Positions 10,973 through 21,101 of a DNA stretch of 64,000 bases are shown here, one piece after another (the first letter of the stretch is position 1; every line of letters begins with the position of its first letter). A program made the position numbers and the translations under genes. The notes beneath the pieces are model-generated. The model was not told the DNA's origin, did not search any database, and worked only from the letters and a program-made list of their open reading frames with translations. Location of the stretch: assembly GCF_964213995.1 (NCBI RefSeq), contig NW_027590185.1, positions 372,001 to 436,000 of the forward strand. Reading direction: 5' to 3'. This DNA comes from Mustelus asterias (taxonomy: Eukaryota).

Positions 10973-11278
10973 TCTTGTAGTCCTCACCATGTCCATGTTT
11001 TTGCACAACTCTCTCCTTGTTCTGTATCACTGTGTCTGAAATCCTCACCATGTTCAGGTTTCTGTCCAGCTCTCTCCGTGTTCTGTCTCACTGTGTCTGT
11101 AAGCCTCACCATGTTCAAGTTTCTGTACGGCTCTCTCCGTCTTCTGCATCACTGTGTATGTAAGCCTCACCATGTTCAAGTTTCTGTACAGCTCTCTCCG
11201 TGTTCTGTCTCACTGTGTCTGTAAGCCTCACCATGTTCAAGTTTCTGTACGGCTCTCTCCCTGTTCTGCATCACTGTG
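10973..11278 (-). repeat. Tandem 61-bp 23-RSS array behind supporting V2 (5 units)
   Basis: CACTGTG at 11272, 11211, 11150, 11089, 11028; all spacers 23; nonamers ACAGAAACT x3, ACAGAAACC, GCAAAAACA. Confidence 0.95.
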
Positions 11279-11584
11279 CTGTGTGCCGACTCAGTGCACA
11301 GTAATACACAGCGGAGTCGCTCAGTTGCAGCTTGGAGATCATTAACCAACTGATTTTTTCGACTGGGTCGACAAAAGCAGAAATTCTCGCCCCGGCAGCG
11401 TTTTCTTTGCTCTCCTCGCCTGATGTGTGTCTCATAAGCAGGTATTTTGGGGTTTGTCCTGGAGACTGACGGTACCAGTACAGTGTGTGTTGACAACGTC
11501 CCTGATATTCGCAGTTTAAAGTAATGGTGTCGCCAGCAGCACACGTTTGGAGAGACGAATTCTGTGCCACAGATGAACTGGATT
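11279..11584 (-). CDS. Leaderless supporting TCR-delta V, cassette 2 (apparently intact)
   Basis: Acceptor TTCTGCAG phase 1; ESSSSVAQ...TLNCEYQGRCQHTLYWYRQ...DSAVYYCALSRHT; CDR1 Cys; RSS CACAGTG-23-ACAGAAACT; no leader seen upstream. Confidence 0.9.
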
Positions 11585-11739
11585 CTGCAGAACCAATAAA
11601 ATAATGCACAATATTTCTATGATGCCATTACCTGCGTTGCATGTTAGTTTGCCCGGGGAAACATAATCGCGTCAATAGCTGACCATTTTGCCGCAATTGT
11701 TTCATTGAAGGGTGTTCGACATGTATTAACTATAATTGA

Positions 11740-12125
11740 GGAGACGGTGCCATAGTGGTATTGTCACTGGATTAGTTAATCCAGAGATTTAGTAATCCAC
11801 GGAATGCCCTGGGGACACGGGTACGAACGGTACCACGGCCGATGGTGAAATTTGAATTTCAATTCAATCTTGAATTAATTCCAAAAAAAATGTTGAAGCA
11901 ATGTCTAATGATGACCATGGAACCATTGCCACTTATCGTTAAAACCACATCTGTTTCTCGAAGGTCCTTTTGGGAAGAAAATCTGCCATTCGTATCTGGT
12001 CTGGCCGCCATGTGACTCCAGGTCCACAACAATATGGTTGCCTCTTAAATGCCCTCTAAATGGGCTTCACAAGCCACCCAGTTCAAAGGCAATTAGGAAC
12101 ACCCACATCCCGAGAATGAATTGAA
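11740..12125 (+). mobile_element. tRNA-derived SINE (unassigned family)
   Basis: A/B-box-like head (GGTGCCATAGTGG...GGGTACGAAC); homologous to 4770-5090. Confidence 0.55.
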
Positions 12126-13681
12126 CAAATGGCAAAAGAGCGAGGGGCAAATATTTAGATGATTTTTATTTTATCACACAGCGAATTTTGCTCAATTGGA
12201 TCCTTTGGAGATGTGATTTTGGGAACATATTCAGCACTCATTTTAAAACCGCCAATGGAAGAAATATACAGAATCAGATTAGAATTCCGGTGGTTTTGAA
12301 GAGTAGGAAGGTAACAGAGGTAAAGTTCAGTAGCACCTGCAAATAATCGCCACTTGGTCAGAATGATGTCCTTTTCCGGTTTCTCATTTTATGTTTTATA
12401 TTTAGTGTCTGCTTCTGTGTATATTGGCGATTTACAAACCTGAGGAAATTACATGAAAGTTCACTTTTCTCACTATAACAATTGCTGTCCAGAGTTGATT
12501 GACTGAGAGTAACCCTACCTTTTTATATCCTGGGTCACATCAAGATTCAAGCGAAGATGGTCATACTCGCCCAGCGAAACTAATTATGCGAAAATGATAT
12601 TGCATATCTGTGTCAAAGATCAACCTTTGACTACCGTTTAACTCTTTGCACAGTTTCGTCCATCGATTCTACAATTTATATTATATATTAGAATGATTTT
12701 CAGTTAATACCAGTGGATTTCTAAATCTGAGTTGTTCTCTTTGTGCTGCTTGCGATTTCTTGCCACCATGAGAACCTGTCCCATACACTCTCCAATATCA
12801 GTTGAGATCAGCATGCTCAGTTTCCCCGATTGACTTGCTCACTGTTACTCACTGTGAAAATTGCCTTTTCAAGGTGCTTGAGATTTTCAATTCATTCCAT
12901 CCATTGGTTGATTGTTCCCCATGCTTTCTGGGCAGAATCCCCTAAAAAGAGGTCTTTACCTAAAAAGAGGTCTGGGCAGAATCCTCTCTGTATTTTATAT
13001 TATATAGACTCTACAGAACAGAAGTAGGCCAGTCGGCTCACAGTACGCTTGTCCTTGCACTGCACACGTACCTACGCCCCTGTCACACTCGATCCCTAAC
13101 GAAACCTTTGTACACTGAGCACTGTGTCCTTCTCCCTCCTCGATTTTTCACGCCGTCAGAAAAATTCCTTACGCCATTTACTGCAACCACTCCATCTGGT
13201 AGCGCCCTCCACATGCCTCCTAATTTCTTTTTCTTTTATCTCACTGGCATCATATTAAATGTTTCTTTAATCTGAATCGTTTTCTCCACACGTACATTAA
13301 TGAACCTATAAATTAATGCTAAAGATTTATATCAACAACAAAAACTGAAAAATGTTGGCAAACCTCAACAGGTCTGACAGCATCTGTGGAGACAGAATAG
13401 AGTCAACGTTTCCAGTCGGGATGACCCTTCGTAAGAGCCACAGAGGGAATCAAAGTTGACACTAGGACAGAAGTCATAGCTTCAAAATGTGGACCCGACT
13501 CCAGTTTCCTATTATGCTCCCAAATCTAAAACTGCAATTGAAAATCTTCCACAGAAACCCCCCTTCCCCCACGCTGCTATTGTAGTCACAGCGGATTGAA
13601 GAGAGGCAGACTACAAGAATGAACTGACGGCGAAAACGAACCAGGACATTCTGCAACACGGGGGGATTTGGAGTCACTTAC

Positions 13682-13773
13682 CAGCTGAGACAGTCACCAC
13701 CGTCCCAGACCCATCTGTAAATCTCCACTCTCCCCACAGTGTCAGCACTCTCAGTCAGCCCAGTACAAGAATG
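13682..13773 (-). CDS. NARTCR: NAR-TCR J segment 2 with 23-RSS
   Basis: RSS 13735-13773 (CACAGTG-23-ACAAGAATG); coding 13734-13682 EWRFTDGSGTVVTVSA; donor GTAAGT. Confidence 0.9.
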
Positions 13774-14104
13774 ACTTACACGTCAAACTGATGGGGAAAA
13801 AATTACCGAATAGTCAGCGTTTATCAATTATTCAGGGGTTATAGATCAGCAATGAAGTATGATAGTTTTATAATTCCCATTGGAACAAACTGTTCCTTGG
13901 GACACTCTGAACTCTTGGCAAAACGGCCCAGGAACGGAGCGGAGATGGACGCTTCGTAGAAATGGAATAAAAAAGTTAAAGAAAGATAACTGAACGGAGG
14001 AAATTACAACGAAATTAAACCATGTTGCAACGATAATAACCACAACCCGACAAGCTGTGGTCCGTGTCCTGGAAATTATTGCTTCGCTTGTTCAGAAATA
14101 CTTA

Positions 14105-14132
14105 AGTATTTGTTCTCCTCTCTTCCACTGTG
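14105..14132 (-). promoter_or_regulatory. 12-RSS of NAR V2
   Basis: CACAGTG-GAAGAGAGGAGA (12 nt)-ACAAATACT, facing the J 23-RSS. Confidence 0.85.
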
Positions 14133-14423
14133 GTGTCCCATGTGTGTAGTACCAATGCTGAGCTTTACAGTAATAGGTGGCAGTGTCTTCAATTCTCATG
14201 TCCCGAATTTCCAGCGAAAATGTCTTTTCTGCTTCATTCACCGACACAACAAACCTCCCTCCGCTGGAGATCCGCTCCCGCTCTGTCCCAGTTTGGGTTT
14301 GTCTGAAGAAATGGCCATTTTCTAAATCGTAAACACCATTGAAAACACAGGTGATGGTGAGAGACTGACACTCCTTCCTGGTCACCGCTGCCGGGCTTTG
14401 AGTCACTGACTGACTGAAACATC
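14133..14423 (-). CDS. NARTCR: NAR-TCR IgNAR-like V exon, cassette 2 (apparently intact)
   Basis: QSVTQSPAAVTRKECQSLTITC...RISSGGRFVVSVNEAEKTFSLEIRDMRIEDTATYYCKAQHWYYTHGT; 59 residues between the canonical Cys (VNAR-like), extra FR1 Cys. Confidence 0.9.
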
Positions 14424-14571
14424 CTGGAAATTAAACACAGAGAGTTTAATGGAGCATCAGAGCCGAACCGCACAACGGGGCTAAAACCCCAGACAGTGTT
14501 TGTAATTGAAATGGACTGGGGCAGCTTTATGTTCAATCCACACAATGTGAGTTAGTTTGATCGGTACTCAC

Positions 14572-14614
14572 GGGGTAAATAGGCACACACGGTGAAAACA
14601 AGGAGGATTCCCAT
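14572..14614 (-). CDS. NARTCR: NAR-TCR cassette 2 leader exon
   Basis: MGILLVFTVCAYLP+C, donor GTGAGT; in frame with the V exon; TATAAA at 14638-14643 and GC box at 14738-14748 upstream. Confidence 0.9.
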
Positions 14615-14899
14615 CGCTCTGCTGCCTGGAACTGAGGTTTATATGACGGGGAGCTGAGACTGCAGAGCTGGACTGCTCTTGGAGACTGGACCTCAGAGCT
14701 GAATTGAAATACTTCAGACCCGAACACTGGTAAGATAGGCCACGCCCATCCTTCAAATTAAGTTCAAGGATTTAAATGGTGAATGCAGCTGTGAACTTTC
14801 AGTCAAAACTACCCGGCAGCCAGAACACAGAGACTCATCCCGCTACCCACAGCAGTGTCTGCCATGCTCTACTTGCTCTCGAGTAGATTATTTATTGTT

Positions 14900-15290
14900 A
14901 TTAATTCAGGGGATGTGGGCTTGGCTGGCGATGGCAGCAGACATTGCCAATCTCTAATTGCCCTTGATAAGATGCTGGTGAACTGCGTTCTTGAACGGTT
15001 GCAGTCCCTGCGGTGTAAGTACACCCTCCGCACGATTCGGGAGGGAATTCCAGAATATTAACCGAGACCGACGGACAGTAAAGGAACGGAGGATATTTCT
15101 AAGTCTGGATAGTGGTGGTGTTCGCATGGCCTTCTAAATTGTAGCTGTTTTGTGTCTGAAATGAAGCGCCTAAGGAGGCTTGGTGAGTTCCTGCAGTTCA
15201 TCGTGTACATGGTACAGAAGGTTGCCACTGTGCATCGTTGGTGGAGCGAGTGAATGCTGGTGAAAGCGGCACCAATCAAACGGGGCTGCT
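14900..15290 (-). mobile_element. Degraded LINE 3' region, paralogous to 890-1201
   Basis: Same sequence and same position relative to the leader as in cassette 1. Confidence 0.6.
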
Positions 15291-16171
15291 TTGTCCTGAA
15301 TGCAACGCCCTGTAAATTGGAATCTCAGTGTGCAACTTTAGAACCACCTCCTTTGTCTGAGTAAGAAGGACAGCTTCACTGGAGGCGCATCCGACTAATT
15401 GTACTTCCTGTGTTATTCAGAGCAGCTGACTCAGTTTACACTCCTTATTCGCCGGAGTCAAACAGCGGCTGATAGGATCAAATGAGATCAAACCCACAAT
15501 AGAGATATTAACTGCGAAACAGCGGGATACTTAGGAGGATTCGAACAGTTGGATTCTAGTTCGACTTCCGGAACCCTTCAAAGTCTGTGGGAAATTTAAT
15601 TTTAAGGGAACAAAAATGTGAAAGAATTTATGGGTTCCCCTTTTGATTCTTGTTCTGAAGCTCGATGAGTCCTTTAGCTTGCAATAGAACGAAGTTTTGT
15701 CACATAACTATTGAACGAGGGGTGGGTGTGTAAACAAGGAGTGAACATTGGGGCATTTAAGGGGATAATAGAGGATGGATGGATGAACGGACCGACAGTA
15801 GGATGAATGGAGGGACGGACGGATGCGAGTTTTGAATGACCATTCACTTTGATTGAGTGAAATTTACAATAGTTTGCTGCAGTGAAAAATTAGGTAATTG
15901 GAGGGAAAGAACATTGGATGTATGTATGGAAGACGCTGAAGGTGTTGGTTCAAATTGCACTTTAAAAACTATATAGAATTCGTGCCTCTATTTATAATGT
16001 GCAAATACAAAAACAAAAGGTTTTTTCACAGGTAAACAGGCTTCACTTGAAGTATGTCAATCACGAGAGAAAGAGAGTTAATGTTTCGAGCCCAAATGAT
16101 CCTTCTACAGAATCTGAACAAAAGTCATATGGACTCCAGATGTTAACTCTGCTTCTGTCTTCACAGATGCT

Positions 16172-16435
16172 GTAAGAAGTCTCACGTTGTTTGTATCTTA
16201 AAGACTTGATTAGCTGTAAGTATTCGCATTCCAACCATTATTCATGTAAATTGAGTCTGTGTCTTTATATGCCCTGTTTGTGAACAGAATTCCCACTCAT
16301 CTGAAGAAGGGGCTTGGAGCTCCGAAAGCTTGTGTGGCTTTTGCTACCAAATAAACCTGTTGGACTTTAACCTGGTGTTGTTAAACGTCTTACTGCGTTT
16401 ACCCCAGTCCAATGCCGGCATCTCCACATCATGCC
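16172..16435 (+). mobile_element. Penelope terminal-repeat fragment
   Basis: GCTACCAAATAAACCTGTTGGACTTTAACCTGGTGTTG shared with 10610-10650. Confidence 0.75.
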
Positions 16436-16765
16436 TACCATTCACAGATGCTGCCAGACCGGCTGAGTTTATGCAGAAGATTCTGTTTCCAAATGCTGAT
16501 TGAAAGGTTAGTTAAAGTAAATTTTATCTCAACTGTTAAGAAATTGCATGAATATTTGAAGGCAATAGATTTTCAGCGCTATGCGGAAAGAACAGACTGC
16601 GGGATAAAATAGTAACTCCATCGTCTGTCAATGCGGGCAATATGTACTGAATATTCTCGTTATTTTTTGTAACATTCAATGATTCAATGTCGAGGAGAAT
16701 GAATGAATTTTGACTGAGGTTCCCCATATCTAAACATGTATTTATTTTCTGGTTACCATTTGAAG

Positions 16766-17109
16766 GACTGTGTTATTCTGATACTGTGAAGCAAACTGCA
16801 CCGTCACTATTATGTTTGGAGCAAGAACCTATTCATTGCCCTATTCATTCTCCATAGCCAGTCGCCGCTATGATCTGCTCTAGTACCGACAAAAACCGAG
16901 GGAAGAGCCGGTATTTTTAATCAAAAGGAATTCGGAGGGAGAAACAGAGAAAGTTGAGCGTGTGGGAGGCCGATTTTCTTCAACGCTCTGAGTATTGGAT
17001 CGTTTCTTCAGTTTAACCTTGACAGACATACAGCTGAGTGACATTGGGGTGTATTATTGTGCGCTGATCATTCGCAGTGATACAAACTAACAAACTAACT
17101 ACGGAAACT
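16766..17109 (+). pseudogene. TCR alpha/delta V pseudogene
   Basis: DTVKQ...(Trp to TAG)YRQKP...QLSDIGVYYCAL; frameshift and two stops; RSS CGCAGTG-21-ACGGAAACT (17073-17109). Confidence 0.8.
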
Positions 17110-17930
17110 ATCACTGGAATGCCATATCAGCCGAATGATGGAAGCTCAGTTTGTGAAATCTGAACCTTCACCTCTGGCAGCTGCAGAATCAGACCGAGAC
17201 CGTTTATTGCTGTGTGAATGTAGTCGAAAATAGAGTTAATCGATGTGAAAAGACATTCTGAATGATTGAGCTCCTGACAAAATAGGGCGAGGGAAAGGCA
17301 AGGAAAAATAAACAGGAAGATAGAACGGCAGCGAAAAAAGGGAGTAAAAGGCCGTGAGACACAAAGAGGTAGCGCGCGGGATGCCAGAGAGTTAAAGAAA
17401 GACTCTCTGAGAGTTAGGATCAGAAAAATAGAAAATAAGAAAGTAAGAAGAATATATAGAAGTGGGAGAGAGAGAAATAGAGAGATAATAAGAGAGAGCG
17501 AGACAGGGCCTTAGACAAAGACAGAGAGGCAAAAATGCAGTCTAATATCATCTTATTCGATTTCTGATGTGTGATTATATTTTATCAGTGGCTCCACTAA
17601 ATATAATCACACATCAGTGGAATAAGATCAGTGGCCCCAGGAAATAAATCACAGACCTCAGTAAAGACAGTTAACTTACTGGTTTGAGTGGACTCACTGA
17701 ATGACTGACCACGAGGAAATATTTAATCCTGTCTGTGAAAGAACATCAGCTCACCCAGGACCCGCATTTGAATCTGATTTAAATATCTGGCGGGTATCTT
17801 GTGGATTGCGTCATTGCCGGCAAATGATTGCAGGAGGAAGAGATTTTGACCAAATCAATCCTGTGTGGGTTTTTAAACTGCTCCGGGTTTGACATTGTAA
17901 AGGGAGAGAGGATCGGGCTCGGCAGCGGCC

Positions 17931-18414
17931 GTGCAGATATTCAGAGTCTGGATTGTGTTTGGGATAATTTTTGACGGTGAGGACGATTTCAACAGTGTTC
18001 CATTCAAATTAAAGTTTTACTTTTTTGTTAATGCCCATCTTGTCTTGTTCCTGAACACATTACAAATCAGAGTGATGGAGATTCAATTCCTCAGTCCATC
18101 GCATCAGTGAGCGTGAAAGAAGCTGAAGCCGTGACTATAAAATGTATCTATAGCACTACAGAAGAAAGGTATTATGTATATTGGTACTTGCAGCAAGCAA
18201 CGAAAGAGCCCCAGTTTGTTGTGTGGAGATGGTCTTGTGATGTTGTGGAATGGAAAGGCTCGGCGTTAGGAAATCGTTTTGCATCAGACCTCTAGCTGTC
18301 AGACTCCACCACAAGATTAACCATCATGGACCTGCAACCGACTAACGCCGCCGTTTATTACTGCGCCCTGGGACTCACAGTAATAGAAAACAGTACCTAC
18401 GCTGTACAAAAACT
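17931..18414 (+). pseudogene. TCR alpha/delta V pseudogene with leader
   Basis: Leader 17931-17976 starts GTG, donor GTGAGG; acceptor AG lost; V 18066-18375 (VTIKC, YWYLQQ, AAVYYCAL) with TAG at 18293; RSS CACAGTA-23-ACAAAAACT. Confidence 0.85.
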
Positions 18415-18542
18415 GTCTTCCGATTGAAACTGCGATTCCTGCCTGGTGAGATTGTCTAAAATCTCGGAAAGGTGCAGTCACAACGAGGCTGTCAGCCACT
18501 CAAACACATAGAGGGGAATTCAATTACCCTCTGTTAATTGAT

Positions 18543-19465
18543 ACATAGAAACATAGAAACTAGAAGCAGGAGTAGGCAATTCGGCCCTTCAAGCCTGCTC
18601 CGCCATTCATATTGATCACAGCTGATCATCAAATCCAATATCCTGGTTACCCCCTTCCTCCCACATCCCTTGATTCCCTTTAGCGCCAAGAGTTATATCT
18701 AATTTCATCTTGAAATCAGACAACGTTTTGACCTCAAATACATTCGCTGATAGGGAATTCCACCCATTCACCTCCCCCCGAATGAAGACATTTCTCCTCA
18801 CTTCAGTTCTAAATAGTTTACCCCTTACCCTCAAATATGACTCCTAATTCTGGAATTCCACACCATTGGGAACATTCTTTCTGAATCTATCCTGTCTCAT
18901 CCTGTTAGAAGTTTCAAAGTTTCTATGAGATCCCCTCTCACTCTTCTAAACTCCAATGAATATATTCGTAACCGACTTAATCTCTCCTCTTAGAACAGAC
19001 CTGCCTTCACAGGAATCAGCCTGGTAAACCTTCGCTGTACTCCCTCGATAACAAGGACATCCTTGCTCAGATAAGGGCACCAAAACAGTACTCCAGGTGT
19101 GGCCTCGCCAACGCCCGATAGAATTGCAGCAAAACATCCCTATCCCTATACTCAAATCCTGTCGCTATGAAGCCAACATACCATTTGCCTTCTTTACTGC
19201 CTGCTGTACCTGCGTGCTTAATTTCAGCTATTAATGCTCAATGTCCAAGGTCTCGTTGAGTATCCAGCTCTTTCAATTTATACCCATTCAAGTAAAAATC
19301 TGTCTTCCTATTTTTGCTATCAAAGTGGATAACCTCAAATTGATCCACATTATATTGCATCTGCCATGCACATGCCCGCCCACTCAGCCTGCCCAAATCA
19401 CACTGAAGCATCTCTGCATCCTCTTCACAGCTCACCCTCCCACCCAACATTTTATCACCTGCAAA
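18543..19465 (-). mobile_element. CR1 LINE 3' fragment, degraded
   Basis: ORF2 C-terminal remnants (WQMQYNV, FRTEVRRN) and (TTTCTATG)n tail. Confidence 0.8.
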
Positions 19466-20626
19466 CAGCAGATCGGGTAGATAATCCCAAAAACTCTTTG
19501 TCGCTTACATCGCGCCTGTCGATGCCGGTCACATTCAGAAGCTAACTGTTTTCCATTGCACTACATTGCTTTATGATATACTGTAACATTTCCATGATTG
19601 CTGTTCTCCATCTTTTACTCAGTTCTCACCGCTTTACAACGCCCCCTCTCTAACTCCCACACAGGGAGCACAATAACAGCTGAAAATCTCGAGTTTAATG
19701 CTGCCATCTTCACGATTTCTTAACAAGCATTTGTCAGAACAAAATGCTCTTGTTTGCAAACAGCCAGATAAATTTCTGTTGAAATCATATATTTCATCAG
19801 AATTTTTTCCTGATTGGTATAATTGACATCCTGTGGCTTTCATTGTCCTTTGCTCAAAGAATAGCAACGAGGTCATTGAAAACGCTCTTGTGTAAAAGGT
19901 GGATGACGAGAAGGTGGAGGATGAAGCTTGAGCAGGTTAATGAGACAAATGACCTTAAAGCTGTTTGGAATCCAGTCAAATGTTGCACGCTAGGAATTAG
20001 GTACAGAAACCCCAATTTGGTTATTTGAAAAGTTAGCGCCCCAGGGCCGGGCCTAAGGCCCAGTCAGGCAATTGGCCTTGTTTGGGCGAATGTTGAGTGG
20101 GAAACCGAAAATGATGTGTGCAGGCCCGCAAGTTGCAATATTTATTATTGCTGCCAACCATGACGGACAGAGAAGGACGGCCGAGTCCCTCCAGTCTGCC
20201 CACAATAAAAATGACATAAATCTGAAGTGCAGTCACTATTGCAATGGAGGAAAGAGTCGCTATGAACAGAGCAAGATCCCTCGTCACGTGGTCATCTGTT
20301 GCAGATTGTCGACTGGCGTTTGAATGTCTTGGAAAATTGCCCTGCTTTAGAGGCTAGTGCGGTGAAATGTTTAGGATCCTCCAGAAAGGCCAGACGGAGC
20401 CTCTATTTAGTAGTTTATCTGAGCAATTCACTGCGGAGACGCTCGGACTCCATTACCACTGGCAGTGGAAGTGGCAGCTAGAATGTGCGCTCAGGTCTCT
20501 GAAGGGACACCTGAATCCACAGTTTCATGAATAAGAGGCGATTGAATTGAGAAATGTAACAGTTAACACGGAACTGCAGATAGAACTTGAACTGGCGACA
20601 CCACCTGTGCCAGTTCTGTTTGATGA

Positions 20627-21101
20627 GGTTTTTGTACAGCGATAGATGACCTCTGTGTCTCTCAACACGCAGAAATAGACAGCGATATCTTGGATTTCTG
20701 CTCGAGTAATAGTTAAAGAAAAAATATTTTCTGCATTCGTCTGACTGGCCTCGAATTTTCCCTTGGCAAAACCTGCGTCTCTTCTGTTGCTTCAATCTCG
20801 GTACAAAATAAAATGCGGAGCCTGGTCCGTGTGCTCTCTGTAAAGAAAGGGATTTCTGTGACTTGTCGTGTAGCTGCAGTCCATTTTCATTCTGTCTCCT
20901 TCAGTAATAGACAATTCAATCTGAGGTTGCGCCACAGAATCTGCTTGAATCAACCCTGAATAAAATATAAGGAAAGTTTAATGCAACACTGATTGCTGAG
21001 TCCATTAACATCACAATACTGCCAGCAGATAAGAAGTTATTGTTTTACATACCGAACACCAGCCACAATATAACCAGATGACAAAACCAGAAGAGCCCCA
21101 T
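20627..21101 (-). pseudogene. TCR alpha/delta V pseudogene with leader
   Basis: Leader 21101-21053 MGLFWFCHLVILWLVF, donor GTATGT; V 20955-20658 DSVAQ..MDCSY..DIAVYFCVLR, Trp deleted, internal TGA; RSS CACAGAG-15-ACAAAAACC. Confidence 0.85.

Noticed and set aside
10662-11278. CRISPR-like regularly spaced repeats
   Set aside because: The whole 61-bp unit repeats with no unique spacers, the context is vertebrate, and the motifs are RSSs
12820-12910. CCAAT and CAGTGAGT shared with 6685-6760, as a vestigial leader or RSS
   Set aside because: No hydrophobic ORF (early stops) and no credible nonamer; explained by paralogous intron homology
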